Translations under genes and position numbers: made by a program
From: Prorocentrum cordatum
Taxonomy: Eukaryota
DNA: 64,000 nucleotides
Reading direction: 5' to 3'
NCBI GenBank assembly: GCA_963575745.1
Contig: CAUYUJ010000001.1
Coordinates: 372,001 to 436,000, forward strand
Notes under the pieces: model-generated
Databases searched by the model: none
Told to the model about the DNA's origin: nothing
Seen by the model: only the letters and a program-made list of their open reading frames with translations
Shown here: positions 1-14,426 of the stretch, piece after piece
Layout of the letters: every line of letters starts with the position of its first letter
How positions within the stretch are numbered: position 1 is the first letter of the stretch

Positions 1-905
1 TATCGGCATGCGCGCGCGGCGACCCGCGCGTGAGCACGTCGTCCCCTGTTCTGCAAGGGATTCGGGGGAACTTATAATCTTTGATCAACGAATGTGCGCG
101 CATAGTTCTGGGGAATACTGGCCTGCCTTGGGTGAAATGAATGTATAATTCGGATGGGCGATGGGGCAAGATCGAATGTAAATTGCATATCCCCAGGGGG
201 GGGGCATTACGTCCTGGGGGGGGATCCTGCTACTCTTCTATAACAGAGAATCTACGGGCGGCGATGTGGCGGCGACGGGGCGGCGACGGCGGCAGCATAG
301 CCGCCAGACAGACAGGCCGAGTTCCTTAGAAGACAAGCCAGGACATCTACGTGCAAGCGTTGACAAACAGTTTGTGGGGTTTGTACTTGCTTTACTAAGT
401 GTTTGCACTTAGGGGTTCTTCTTACACTTAGAAATTCTCGCTTGCTTTGCTAAGGTATTGGATGTATCCCTAGGCCGCCCAACGTACCTTGCATCACATA
501 TGGTGATTCACATAGCTTACACCGCATAGCGTGCAGCACGTAGATTGCTCCACGGAATTTCCACCGCATAGCTTGCATCTCCTCGCTTGCACCACGTAGC
601 CTATACATACACAGTGCAATCATGTCATGTTCGGTCCACGATGGCCTTCATACACATCTAATCTAGAATCGGTTCTTGCGCTCAGAGGGCACGCCCTAGC
701 GGGATGAGGGAGAAGAGCGCCCAAGAGTGTACCAAGAGGGCCAACGAGGCAATGTTTCTGTCTCCGATGGGGAAGACCCGCGAATGAAGGCAAGGACCAC
801 CCCTCTTTGAGTCGTGGGATCCGAAATCGCTCCAGGAGGCCCCAAGACACCCCCAAAGAGTTCCAAGATGTCCCCAAAAGGGCCTAAATGAATTTGTTTT
901 TCAAT

Positions 906-1080
906 CGGCGATAACCCGGGTTATCCAGGGGGGGGAAAGGGCCGGCCGATAATCTAACCTTCGCGCTGTGGGCTACCCTGCATATGCTCGCGCCCACCAA
1001 CCCCAGACCTGCACAACCGGAAAGGTTAGTTTATCATGGTGGGGGAGGGAGGGCAAGCCCGATAACCCGGGTTATCGCCG
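906..1080. mobile_element. MITE-like element with perfect 20-bp TIR
   Basis: cggcgataacccgggttatc at 906-925 and its reverse complement at 1061-1080; no clear TSD. Confidence 0.65.
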
Positions 1081-1659
1081 GACCCTAAACATTTTCTTGC
1101 TTCGAGTGATCCCCACCGAAACCTTCGGCGTTTGAACCCAACGCTGCGCGCGCCTACTGGAAGGATGTGCGCAGTGCCCGGCGGCGTTGGCCAGCGCGGC
1201 GGCCGGGCCAGGTCGCAAGTTGATGTTTTCCGAATTCTAACAACCCCAAGGCCCCTGACGAGGACAAAACCGAACCCAAAACGCTTTTTGCGATCCCCCA
1301 AAAATTGGTCTGAGATAGTATCAACCTCCGGTAAGAGGAAGAGAAGGAACAGCAGCAGCACCACGGAGAAGGAGGAACAAGGAGGTGAGGCGGACCTCTC
1401 CTTCCTCCTCCTGTTCCTCCTCATCGTCCTCGTTTCTCCCCCTCCTCCTCCTCCTCCTCCTCCTCCTCCTCCTCCGTTCCCTTCTCCTCGCTCTGTTCTT
1501 CGTCCTCTTCCCTCATCATGCGCCTCGCCCCCCCCCTCTTCCCCCTTGCCCTCCTCTTCTTCGCTCCCCCGAACATGCGCGGGGCGCGCGGCGGCCCGAG
1601 GCGGAGCCCCCCCGGCACGCGGGTATCCGACATCCATGGGTGCACGTTGGCGTTGGCTC

Positions 1660-2575
1660 ATATCTGTTACCATATGGTTGGAGATGCGATGGTATGATTT
1701 GCTTTGCGGCACTATGCTATTGCATGATATGCTGACAAATTATGTTATAGTATGCTCTGTTCCGTGATGTTGTTGACGGTTCGGCTCAACACATTATGTT
1801 GTGATCGGTTATGCTAGATTGTTTCGCAATGCTATGTTGCCGTGTTATGGTTTGTTATGTGATACTGTGCCATGATATGATGTGTCCTGCCATAGTGTGT
1901 TATGGTATGATCGTTTATGTTATGTTATGGTGTTATGTCGTATTATGTTATACCATGCTATGCTCTGGTATGTTATGTGATATTGTGTGTTGAAGGCTCG
2001 GCACAGCATATCATATTATGACCTGCTAGGCTAATACGTGGCGATATGCTATGCTGTCGTGCTATGCTATGTTCTGCGATGAAGTGCAATGAAATGGGAT
2101 GTTCTGCCAAGGTGTCTTATGTTTCCCTCGGTGATGCAATGTTATGTTGTGTTTTGCCGCCTTCTGCTCTACCATGCTATGGTATGATGTGCTGTGTGAT
2201 GCTGTAGCATGCTCTTTGTTGATATGATATTGATAGATTAGGCTCTGTCACGGTCTGGCATCCTCGTGGTATGTTATGTTATCTTATGATGTGTCAGGTT
2301 CTGTTCTGACGTGTTCGCCGCTGTGCTCTGCTGCCGTCGTATGCTATGTTTGATGACGCTGTGTCATGATATGGCATGTTATGTAAATGTGTCTTATGCT
2401 ATGCTCAGTAACTTCATATTATATTGTGGTATGTAGTGTTCGGTTCTGTCATGTTATACTCTGGTATGTTAAGTGGTATGCTGGAGCCCTCTATTTTGTC
2501 ATGATTTTGATATCTTATGTTCTGCCATGCTCTGTCATGCTCTTGTTCTGTTCTGTCCTGTTCTGTTGTCATTTT
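1660..2575. repeat. Degenerate (ATGYT)n pentamer satellite
   Basis: tatgc/tatgt/tatga units. Confidence 0.85.
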
Positions 2576-2928
2576 GTGTTCTGTCGTGTTTGTCGAGGGC
2601 GCGAGGCGGGATAACCGGGGGACTCTCGGGACAACTTGGGGTCTGGCAGCCGCGGTATGCAGGGTGTGTTCTGCCGTGTTTGTCGAGGGCGCGAGGCGGG
2701 ACAACCGGGACACTCGGGACAACTTGGGGTCTGGCGGCCGCGGTATGCAGGGTGTGTTCTGTCGTGTTTGTCGAGGGCGCGAGGCGGGACAACCGGGACA
2801 CTCGGGACAACTTGGGGTCTGGCAGCCGTGGTATGCAGGGTGTATTCTGTCGTGTTTGTCGAGGGCGCGAGGCGGGATAACCGGGACACTCGGGACAACT
2901 TGGGTTCTGGCGGCCGCGGTATGCAGGG
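2575..2928. repeat. Tandem repeat, 88-90 bp x4
   Basis: tgtcgagggc recurs at 2591, 2681, 2769, 2857. Confidence 0.95.
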
Positions 2929-3320
2929 TTGGAGTGGCCGGGAGGTCTGTTCTAAAAATCTAACGACCCCAACCTGTCTGGGTGGGGGAAATCAATCTCC
3001 TAGAGGCTTCCAAAATGGCGCCGAGATGGCTCCCAGAGGCCTCCAGAGAAGCCTCCAAGAGGCTTCCAAGAGGCTTGCGGACCGAAAGATCACGCGGCGG
3101 CCTGCATGCTTCTGCTCGCCCCTGCTCCAAGCAGCTCGCCTGGCGGTCGTTTCCGGATGGGCTGGTCGGGATATGCAGAGCGACAAGGATGTTTAGAGGA
3201 CAGACAAAGAGAAGGGGAAACAACAAACAATAAACAAAAAAGCAACAGAAAGAGAGAGAGAGAGAGAGATGGGGAAGAGAGAGAGAGAGAGAAAGAGAGA
3301 GAATAATAGAGACACAGCTG

Positions 3321-3367
<47 letters not shown>

Positions 3368-5059
3368 TAGATGTATCTATACACATAACACGGAAGTGGC
3401 CCTCGAACTCAGAGGGCACGCCCTCGCGGGAAGACGTGAATCGCCGCGGCCTCCCTGGCGGCGAGGGAAAGGCCCTCGAAGGCTGGAAGCGAAGGACGGC
3501 CGCTCGGGGAGGACACACCCCGCCACCGTGCCGTCGTCGACGTTGCCATTGCCGTACGTCTTGCGTCGCCGTCACCTTGGCATCGTTCGGACGTCCATTA
3601 CTCTTGTCCTTCTCGACTCCGCGCGCGTTTTTTTTTCGCAGGGTGATCCAAGATGCTGCTCGATGATCCTCGCCGAAAAGATATGCACACGTCGGAGCGA
3701 TGCCAAATCGCAAACACCCTCTCGGGGATGCACTAAGCCGGGTCAGCGCCAACCCTGGTCAACCATTGCCACGTCGCGACCCCAGGCCAGCCACGACATC
3801 GATCCCAAACTCGGGTCAGCGGAAGGCGGGGAGCGGGGTCGGCTCCGGGTGACTCCCAAACCAGGGTCAGCCAGAGGATCTCGGAGCGGATTGGCTACCT
3901 CCCCGTCAGCGCTGACCCCCGTTACGTGAGCCCCGACCTTGCCCGTCGTCGTTGGTGTTGCCTGCATCGACGTCGCCAGCATCCTCCCCGCAGTTCACGC
4001 AGACCTGTAAAAACTAGAAGGGGCCAAGACCCCAGAGATCTGGGCTTTTCAAACATTCCTGTGTGGCAGGGCGCACGACTTCTGGAGAAAACAAGGACAC
4101 TTGGAAACATTCAAACCGTGTGCGCATCAACGTGTGCGGCCAAGAGGGGGGAACGCGACCCTGGGAGCACTGTACAGTCATCGTGCTACTGTGCTACCAG
4201 GAGGAGAGCTGAATAATGAACGAAAGGGCTTTCCTGGCCACGGCGAGCTTCGGCAACGAATGGATCCCCCGTCCTAGACTCTGACTAGACCGTCCTGAGC
4301 CCGAAATTATCCTTGTGTCAGCGTCTGGACAGTACTCCCGGGATGGCCCCGAGGCCGCCAAGATCCCCCCAAGAGGCTCTCAGAGACGCTCGATGAGGCC
4401 CCCACGAGGTCACCAGGCCAAGACGAGGCCCTCAAGACGCCCCTGAGAGGCACCCAAGAGGCGCCCAAGCAAGAGGATCCGAGAAGCTGCAGAGAAACCC
4501 CCGAGAGGCACCCCAAGAGATCCCCAGAGAATCCCCAGAGGCATCCAAGAGGACGCTGGCCCAGAATCCAGGCACTCTCCTTGATGGAAAGCCAATAGAT
4601 GTCCACCGACGTGTGTGCGCGTGCGTCCGCATGACATGTGTGGCTCAGCACTGGCTCCCTGTGGTTGGTCTGGGGCCTGCGCCTGTCGACAACCACGCCC
4701 TGCAGCTCTGTCGGCTCGCTGGCAACAGAGTGTGCATGCTGGTGTACCGGCAAACTTGTGCCCTCATGCGGCATGCTCCGTGCTTCATGACAAGGTGTGC
4801 AAATTCGCTTCGCGTGCATGTCTAGAAAGAAGTTTACACCTTCCTCTCGACATCGCTCCAAGCCTTCAATACTGATCCGCCACCGTGCCGCTGGGCATGG
4901 AGTGGGCGTGTGCTCAGGTCCTTGGCCCAATCCTCTAAGCCTCACTCCTCACTCCTGAGGAGTCTTGAAGGGGTCCGGACCCCAAATTCCGCATTATCCC
5001 GGGGCTTGTCGCAGCTTCCCTTGCGTTCCCAGCGTCTTCTGGCGTGAGTTTTCTGGCTA

Positions 5060-6670
5060 AGCAAGAAGCCCCCAAGACGGGCCGAGAAGATCCCAACAGA
5101 AGCCCCCAAGACGGTCCAAAAGCGGGCCCCGGGTCGCCGAGCGATCGCTCCAAGAGGCGCAAGATGGCCCCCAGACGGCCCAGAAGGCCTCCAAGATATC
5201 CAGAGAGGCCTCCAAGAGGCCTCCCAAGAGGCCAAAACAATAGATCGTCCTGAAGCTGTTGGCGTTGTCGCCTATTTTTTCGGCTGCCCGGCGCGCTCAG
5301 ACGGCCCCCAAGAGACCGCCCCAGGGCGGCCATTTGAGGCCTCCAGGAGGGCTCCAAAGCAGCCCAAGAGGGCCCAGGACGGCTGCGAAAGGGGCTCAAA
5401 AGAGGAAGCACGAAGCGAACATCCAAGCCATCCGCCCCAAGAGGCGCCAAGGATGCCCCAAGAGGCCCTTAAGGGACCCCCAAGAGGCACCAAGAGGCCC
5501 CCCAGAGGTCCAAAAGAGGCCCGAAGAGGCCTCCTAACGGCTCCCAATCGGTGGCGACGATAGAGGCGAATAGCCCAGGGGCGGGCATTACACGTATTCG
5601 CCCGGGAGCCTTTTCAAAGACATAGATCATCGGCGCACCTGAATACATGTATTGCTCTCCCCTGGGCTGTTCGCCCCTATCGTCGCCTCTGACCAAATCG
5701 GCGTCCAAACTGCCTCCAAGAAGCCCCCGAGAAGCTTCCCACGAGATCCCAACGAACATCCAATAAGCTTCACACCCACAACCCAGGCGCGCTGGCGGGA
5801 TGGGCTTAAGGCCATCAGATCCGCCTCCCCCTGTTGGCTTGCCACAAGGGTGCCCGGCGTACTAGAGACTTTCGATTTTGGCTTTGGTTCTTTTCCAAAA
5901 TAACTTCCCCTGGGGCTTCGGCCGATCCCGCCAAGGTCCCGGAACGGCCCTGAAACCACCTCAACGACCGCAAACAATTCTCCAAGACGGTTCAAGATGG
6001 CCTCTAAGATGGTCACGTTGGCCCAAGATGACATCCAAGATGGCCCCAGATGACCTCCAAGTCGCCAAAGATGGTCCAAGATGGCTTCCAAGACGGCCCG
6101 AGAGAGTCCAAGATGCCTTCAAGTTCGTCCAAGAAGCCTCCAAGACGGCCCAAGATGGTTCCAAGATGGCCTAAGACTGGCCAAGAGGCCCCGAAGGGGC
6201 CTCCAAGACGTCCTCCAGGAAGGCCAGAAAGGGCAAACACCATTGATTTTCCTTACGTGTTTTGAGGGTTTCGGTATTTTCTTCTTTCCAGCTCTCCGAC
6301 GGCTAAAGACGGCCCAAGAGGCCCCAAACATCGCCCCAAGAGCGCCCAAGAGGCCTCCAAGATGGCCCCATGACAGCCCAAGAAACCCCCAAGAGGGCCC
6401 AGGGAAGAGCCGAAGACGGCCCAAGATGGCCCGAAGACGCCGAAGATGGCCTCCAAGGCGGCCAAGATGGCCTCCAAGATGCCTCCAAGACGGCGAAGAT
6501 GGTTCCAATATGCACCCAAAACTGCCCCAAATGACCTCAAGATGGCCTTAGACTGCCCAAAAGGCCCGCAAGAAGCCTCCAAGACGGCCCAAGAGCCCTC
6601 CAAGAGGCCTCCAAGACGGCCCAAGAGCCTCCAAGAGCCCCACAGTGCCTCAAGAGGCCCCCAAGAGGAC
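5060..6670 (+). repeat. CCAAGA(T/C)GGCC 10-11 bp degenerate satellite (also near 830, 3000, 4345, 21080, 24520, 50400, 61900)
   Basis: Periodic ccaagatggc / ccaagacggc / ccaagaggc units. Confidence 0.9.
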
Positions 6671-7089
6671 TCTTCCTTCCTTCTCCTTTTTCCTCACTCT
6701 CCTCCTCTTCCCCAACCTCCTACACGTGTTCCCCGAAAGCTTTCCAAACCGATTCGGGGAACACTCGTTCCGAAAGATTGGCAAGGATCTGACCCAACCT
6801 TCGGCCAGCAGCCCCACGACGCCTCCAAAAGCTCACGAGAGCCCCCAAGCGGCCCCGAACACGCCCATTCCTCACTCTCCTCCTCTTCTCCGTCCTCCCC
6901 CACGTGTTCCCCGAAGGCTTTCCAAACCGATTCGGGGAACACATGGTCCGATAGCTTGGCAGGGCTCTGGCCTCAACGTTCGGCCACATAACGGCGCTTC
7001 CGAAAGGGCATGGGGCGGCGGTGACTCGCCCTAGGTGTCCTCGATACGAATGCACCCTTAATCAAAGTCTCGAACCATGGGCAAGATCG

Positions 7090-8467
7090 CGATTTTGTTT
7101 CGCAAGGTCAAAAGCCTGGACTCAGTACACGACGCTACATAATGAGAAAGCTTGGCGGACCGGTACTTGAACGTCCAAAGATGGACACTGTCCCAGGTCT
7201 CGTCTTACGAGGCATGGATGGGAATATGGCCGACACAGCCTGTGCGTGAACATCCTTAGGAGCTGGCCGACAAAAACAACAGCGAGAGGATGTTTGAAGA
7301 AAAGCATCATTGGACGCCTCCCTAAAATTCATTCAGGCAAGAGCATCAGTGCCAGATAATGCTTGACAAAAGCACCACTGACCTCTTCAAGAAAGAGAGA
7401 AAGAGAGAGGAAAACGAATAATGATAATAAGAAGAAGAATAAGAGAAAGACGACGAAGACAAAGACGGGTGGGAAAGGCGGGGGGGAAGACAAACAAAGA
7501 TGGGTGGGAAAGGCGGGGGGGAAGACAAACAGGTATCGGCACTGCTACTTCTACTCTACGGACTTCTCCTAGGGCGCGTTCAGTCCAGAATTTCGACGCC
7601 AATCCACCCGTGGCGGCGAGGCACGGGTAATTAGCGGCATCAAGTGCTGCCATCGTTTCTTCCCCTGGGAGGTACGTCAAGGTGGGGAGGGGACAGATCG
7701 GGGGGACAGTGCCGCGAAGCAGGCGGCGAGCAACAAAACGCTCTACGGATTCGGCTCCGCACCGCGGCAAGCCAACTCCAGGTCAGGCGAGATCGTCCCC
7801 ATCGCCGCGCTCGGGCGTGCAACCCAGGAACGCCCTTACGCTGGTCTTCCCCCCTCTACCTCTTAGAGAACAGAAGAACGGCACAGACATACAAACTCTC
7901 GAGGCTCCACATTGGCGCGCTGAGCACGCCAGGGGCGGCGTCAGAATCGCCGCCAGGGGGGTTTAGCGCCAATCCAAGAAATCTGTCCGAACCTCAGAAG
8001 GTTTATGCATACGCTGTTTTTTTGTTATCGGATCCCAGCGTCCCGACAGAAATTCGACGGGCATGTATGATCCACGGCTACAGCCCTCCCCACCCAAAAC
8101 CAATGCTACAGGGATCGAATGGCCCCCCCCTCCGCTGGATGGGTACAACCGTGAACCTCGCGAAGGCATCGCGACTGGGATCGCCCCTATCCCACCTGTG
8201 GTCGTGGCCCTGTAGGCGTGGCGTTATGGTAGGTGCCAGTGCTACCCCTCCCCCTGTGGGTGTGGAAGGGTTCGTCGTCGTCCTCCTCGTCGTCGTCATC
8301 CGGCGTCGTCATCGTCATTTCCTGTTGTCATCGTTGACGTGGACGTCGTCGTCGTCCCGTGTGGGCGTGTCGTTGTGGTGGGTGCCGGTGGCCCCTGCTT
8401 CCTTGTGGGTATGGAATGGTTCGTCGTCGTCGTCGTTGTCGTTGCCGTCGTCATCGTCGACGTGTTC

Positions 8468-8498
<31 letters not shown>

Positions 8499-8527
8499 GT
8501 CCCTCGTCCCTCGTCGTCGTCGTCGTC

Positions 8528-8560
<33 letters not shown>

Positions 8561-11500
8561 CCCCCCCACATCCTTTCTGGTGGGGGGGGCTGTGGAAACC
8601 TGGGGCCCATGCCATTTGGGGGGGGGGCCTGCGAACAGTCGACCCGGGATCATCTATGTGCGTTAGTTATCTGCCACATAGGGGGGCTGTCACGAAGAAA
8701 AGCTGGTCATCCGGACGTTGTTGGCAGCTGGGGAACCAAATGAGGAAGAGCGATCCACCGTCGCCTGCCAGAAAAATGGCATGTCAATTCGTGGCGAACA
8801 AAATGAGGCCGGGCGCATGATCAAAAAAAATGCTCCCCCGCTCGGGCGAATCGGGGGGGGGGGGCGCCCACCAGATGGCAACGCACCACGGCGGCGCCGG
8901 TGATTGGCGCCGACGCAGGGCGCCAGGCGCAGCAACGCCTCCGCTGCGGCGGGGCGCTCGGGCCAAAATGGCACCTGGCCACGGATTGGGGGAACGGTGG
9001 AAGCGGCGGGGGGGAGGGGCAACAGAGGCAGTGGCCGTCGCCCTCCCCGCCGCCGCAGTGTTTCCCTGTTCCGCCCGTCGAGCGGGGCTGTCGTCGCCAT
9101 GACCTCGAGCCTCGAGTGGCGCACGCTCACAAGGCCAGTGCAGCGGGCAGCGCGCACCGCAGGGCCCGCGAACGAACGAAGTTGCTTGCCTTTGGGTCAA
9201 GGCACATCACCCCCAAGGGTCTTCAGAACGCCCCCCCACAAGTGAAACTTGGTATTGCTTCTGCGGCCTTATTGACGGACTGGTGTTCCACCATTAGAGG
9301 GAAAGTCATGTTTTTTGCCCCGCGGCGCCCGCCGAGAACGCTATGATGGACAAATATTGGTTCAGACACTTGGCACTCAGAAGATCGATCCTGCAAGCTC
9401 CATCCGGGGAAGGACAGTAGCAGCTCAGGCGCAGCGCGAGCCCTTAGAAAATCCATCCTTCGTCACAGGGACAGCACAAAACAGTGGCGAGTTCTGTATT
9501 GCCCGCGCTGGAAAGGTCGCCATGTTGGCCGCGCGCGCCGAACATGCGCCAACAAGAGTCCTGCCTGCAGTGCAAGGCAGACGAGTTTGAACAACATCAC
9601 GAATCAATGCAAAACAACTCTTGTTGTAATCCGGATGAGAAGATACATGCGCATACTCCCGCGTGCAAGGTGGCCTACAATAGATTATCCCGGTGGAGAA
9701 CTAGACCGCGAACGTCATCCAGCCTGCCCAGCAATAGAGGGAAACTATCCCACGGTGCCGCGCGCGCCGACGAGGCGCCAGGAGCTCTGCCAGCAATGCG
9801 AGGCAAACGACTCTGAGCACATCGCAAATCAAAACGAAGCAACTCCTATTGAAGTTCCCACGAGCAGGTGCTAAGAACATCGCGTGCAGGGCAGCCCACA
9901 CTGGATTATTCCGGTGGACACAGAGCTTCCAAATAATACCAATCCCGCCCGACAGTACAAAGAAACTGCTCCCATGTCGCCGCACGCGCCGACCAGACGC
10001 CAGCAAGAGTTTTACCGTCAGTGCCAGGCAGGCGCGCTTGAGCAAACTCGTAAATCAAAACGACGCACATCCAAATTGCATGTCTTATGAGAAGATGCTC
10101 GCTAATCTTCCACCGCGCAAGGTACCCCACAATGGATTATTCCGTTGGCGAAATTAGCCCCCAAACAGTACCCTGCCCGCCCAACAAGCAAGACAAACGA
10201 ATCCCGCGCCGCCGCGCGCGCCGACCGGGCGCCAGCAGGAATTCTGCCAGCCGTGCCGGGCAAACGACCTCGCGAGATAATGCTTACAAGTCCTCCCGCG
10301 TGCAAATAGGCCCACAATTGATTAGTCTGCTAGATAAACAACGCCCGAACATTATCCAGCCCGCCCAACAATAGTGGAACGCCAGTCTCACGTCGCCGCA
10401 TTTCTGCAATTGGATCAGCAAGCAATCGTCAGTCGTGGTATCAAGCCAAGCGTCGCTTTGATAAGCTCGTGGAAAGCATCGCTGGTTGCATCTTGGGCGC
10501 GAGATTTATTTGCCCGTGGAAATGCTCGTGGATCGAGGCTGCCATCTCTGGATATGGCCCGCCGCCCCCCCCCCCCCCGTGAAGTTCGCGGCGGAAAGAC
10601 ATCCGGTCGCTATAGACATGATGCAAGTTTTCGTCGGGGTGATTCTTGTCAATGACAATCCTAAGCAGATCTCGACGGTCCACGTAGTCCCCGCCGCGTT
10701 CCGCACACAATGGGCGCATCATCTGACGCCCCGTGGGCAACTGCCGCTCATCATGAGCATCTTGCTCCGCTGATAAAACTCAGAAAGATGATGCGCCTGC
10801 TGCGCCGGCCAATCATTCCTTTCTCATTTTGGGGAACTCCCCAGCCACGTCCGAGGCAATCGTCGCATCGAGGCGCGCACGCCCCCCCCGAGCCCCCAAG
10901 GGTAGGAAGCGCCCACTTCTGGATTCGAAGCTCCAGCAAGCAATCCAGGGCTGGGCGCCCTTTGCACCTGGAGATGCGGGAGGTATTATTCTCGCCGCGC
11001 GGTCAGTTCCAGTCGCGAAGCCTGGCGGGCTGAGCCGCGGGCAACAACTTGATCTCTGTGGCCCATCCCGCCTGTCTCCAATAATCAAGAAGGCCGTGGG
11101 CAGAAGCCGGCGGCCCATGATCTCCGCCGCCCCCGCCCCCCCCCCCGCCCCCGCTCCCGAGCGGCCCCCGTCTCCTGCGATCCCACCCCTGGTTGAACCG
11201 GGAACGTTCGGGTGCGAATCAAATACCTCATCGGGGGCGTTGGGCGGCCTCTCGCGGGGGCCCCGCGGCGGGCCCGCCAATTTTGGAAAAGGTATTCCTG
11301 CGAATAACCGCTTCAAATGTTCGAGAGACGTCCATTTCAAGTTCATTGCGACTCATCTGGGGATTCCCCGTTCTTCATAAACTGCTCGGCGTTTTCGAAT
11401 TATTCATCCTCCTTGCGAGTTTTCTCTAGCAGATCTGCATGCTGTTTTATGATGGTAGCCGTCCTCGTTTCTTCCCCTCAGTGCTGAGATCGCCCGCGCT

Positions 11501-13110
11501 CTTCCATTTGTCTTTTCTTGGCGGGTTCTGCGCGCGCCTCTAGCGTCTCCCGAATGCACTGCTCGCGCCGCTCGGTCGCCAGGTCACTGTGGTCCTTTCA
11601 GCGAAACTTGACGCGTTGACCACGCATCTCATTTTTTGGCAGTGCGCAAAAGCGGCAGATCTCCAAACATTCCCGGAACTGCAATCATTCGCGGTTGCCC
11701 TACTCGAAGGGAGGTGGTTCTGTTCGCGCGGCCATCCATGAAGGCTGGCGCAGTGGCCACCTCGCTCAACGACGGCGGACGCGCGCCCCTGAGTTCGCCT
11801 TGGAGGCTCAACGGCCCCAGAGTCTGGCTGGTCGGCTGTCCTGATGCTGCGGGACGAGCCTGCAAAGTCGGCATATTGTTTCCCGCCGTCATAGGCTTAA
11901 CTTGCAATGAGGAAGAGGTGGCCGATGGGTTTGGGACCACGCCACTGGGAGCCACGCGTTGAAGAAGAAATGCCGCATGGTCTTCTCGCTGAGCCAACTC
12001 TTTCCGAGATCGAGTCTCTTGCAGAGCCTCTAGGTCTATGTCCGCCTGTTCATGTCGGGCAATGTCCCCCCTGAGCTGGCCCACGTATTCCTGCATCCTC
12101 CTCGCGCGTTCAGTGGCCGCTCGCTCCCGGAAGGTTGCCTGTCGCGCCGCGGCAGACGCTTCCTTCTCGACGTGTTGCGCCATGGCAACAGCCTGAGCCG
12201 TCTTCTCCCGGATGACTACTTCCACCTTTTTACCCAGAGTTCTTGGCCTATTCTTCGGCAGCCTGCAGTGGGTGACGCATATGCAGTTCTTTTGTCGGCA
12301 ATTCCCCCCGCGAGTTTCATCCTTTTTTCCACGGTGACCGCTTCGGCTCATTATTATGCCCCTTTCTCGCTCCGCTCAGCCTCCTTCAGAGACAGCTGAG
12401 CTGCCTCCGATGTCGCCCAGTAGCTCATCTGTGCCTGCTGTGGAAAATGTATCCTTTCTTGTTTCTTTCATTGTGTATCTGCCAGAGTGGGTTCTTGCAT
12501 CTGAGAAATCATCTGGCCGCGGATTCTTTCCCCTCGCGGCATTCGCATCAGCTTTATTCTGCTGCTGAGCGAGAGCAAAACGCCGGCAATTATGTCGCGC
12601 CGTTCGCGCGCGATCTGGGCAGGGCCAAGTGACGCTGCAATGCGGACAGGCGCTTGGGCCCAAACCGCGAAAGGGGCGGAAACGCGGGCCGTCTGCCGCC
12701 CCAGCGTTGCCGTTTTTGTTTGTTTTGCCGCGGCGGGGCGTCGCGACCCCTGCCTTCAACTTGTCTCCACTAGGTGCCCCCTCGACTTCCTGCGTCGCGG
12801 GGCAAGTGCGAGCTCCTGCATGGCATCCAAATATATGGGTGACCTGCTTCAGCGAATCTCGCTCCGCGCTGATGTCGCCAAGTGCTCTCGGTCGCTTCAG
12901 TGGCGGGGTGTCCCAAATCGCATCTCTGACGTGCTCTGTCGGGGACACTGCGTCGCGCTGTCCCTCCCTGGACCGACGAGAACTCGGAACTGATGTTGCC
13001 CGGGTCCGTGATGGCTGAGACGCCGCGCTCGATGTGGCCGCCTTGAGCTGTTGGTCGAACCGCTGCCGAGGCTTCTCCCGGAGCTTGAACGAAGGGCCCA
13101 TCAATGAGCG
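7090..13110 (-). mobile_element. Decayed Copia-like LTR retrotransposon (gag - integrase - RT fragments) interrupted by repeats
   Basis: Gag-like PTGRQMM...DLLRIV...DENL; integrase-like QRRGGPFDPCSIGFG and FLGLAL/PGG; RT-like EASNDAFLQ; correct order; recognised from memory only. Confidence 0.5.
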
Positions 13111-13599
13111 ATCTTATCCTCCTCCTCCTCCTCCTCCTCCTCCTCCTCCTCCTCCTCCTTCTCCTCCTCCTCCTCCTCCTCCTCCTCCCTCCTCCTCATC
13201 CTCCTCATCCTCATCCTCATCCTCCCCCCATTCGCCCCCACGCGGGCCCCGCCCCCAGGGATGGGCCGATGAACGAAGGGTAGAACGTTCGGCTACTGCA
13301 GATTGTGCGTTCATATCCATCTGCGCATCGGACGCAGACGTTGCCATCTCGGTTGGCATCCACATTTTTGCCAGAGGAGCGGGGTCCCCGGCAAATGTGG
13401 AGCGCGAGAGGGATGCAGTGTACGTCTCCTTGCTGCTCTGGACTCGTCGTATCGGCATGGCGGAAATATCCGTTGAGCTGACGTGTGAAAGATCTGCGCG
13501 CGCGTGATGGGGGGGCGACGGCGCGGCGGCGACCCGGCGCGCCCCCTTTTCGCGCCCGCGCAGCTGGCCCGCGGTGCCATTTCGATCAAGATGGAGCGG

Positions 13600-14367
13600 C
13601 GGCGGCGGGCGGCGGCGGCGGGGCGGAGACGGCGGAGGAAGGCGCTGAACAACTGCCAACGCCGCCAAATGGGCGGACCCTGGCGGGCGGGCCCGGTCGG
13701 GCGGGCGGATCCTAACGGGCTGATTGGGTCGGGCGGGCGGGGCGTCGCAGCGCGATGCGTCGTCGAGTTAACGCGCGCGAATCTCATCGGACGGGCCGCG
13801 TCGGGCGGGCGGGCCCTGGCGGGCGGGTCGGGTCGGTCGGGCGGGCCCCGGCGCGCGGGCCCGCTGGCGGGCAGACCGTCGCGGGCGGGCCTGGTCGGGC
13901 GGGTAGGCCCGAAAGAGAGATCGGGCCAGGCGGGCTGGGCGTTGAAGTGCGACGCATCACGATGCAGCACGAGCGCGAGCCCTAGCGGGCGGGCCGCGAC
14001 GGGCGGGCGGGCACCGACGGGCGGGTCGAATCGGACGGACGGACAATGGCGGCCAGGCCGGGCGGGACATCAAAATATGATGCCCCATCGGTTTAGCGAG
14101 CGCGAGCCCTTGCGGGCGGGTCGGGCGGACCCTGGTGGGCAGGTGCGATCGGGCGGGCGGGCCTGTCAGATATGACGCGCCATCGAGGTGGGCGCGAAAC
14201 CTGACGGTCGGGCCAGGTCGGGCGGGCGGACCCTAGCGGGCGGGTCGGGCCAGGCGGGCGGGCCCTGGCGCGCGGGTTGGGCCAGGCGGGCGGGACATCA
14301 AACTATGGCGCATCATCGGGCTAAAGGCGGGTCGAGATGGGCGGGTGGACATTATCATCGTCATCGC

Positions 14368-14426
<59 letters not shown>

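Larger units (their letters stand above)
620..4920 (-). mobile_element. Second decayed Copia-like pol (Zn finger, integrase, RT, RNase H fragments) split by satellites
   Basis: HAKRICTPCHEAR (about 4800), HYSALLL (about 4215), VEKDKSN...SRAF (3700-3450), KAIVDR (about 640), in the expected order. Confidence 0.4.

Noticed and set aside
2575..2928. Possible CRISPR array (also 33360-33640)
   Set aside because: Whole units repeat with no unique spacers, no cas genes, eukaryotic context.
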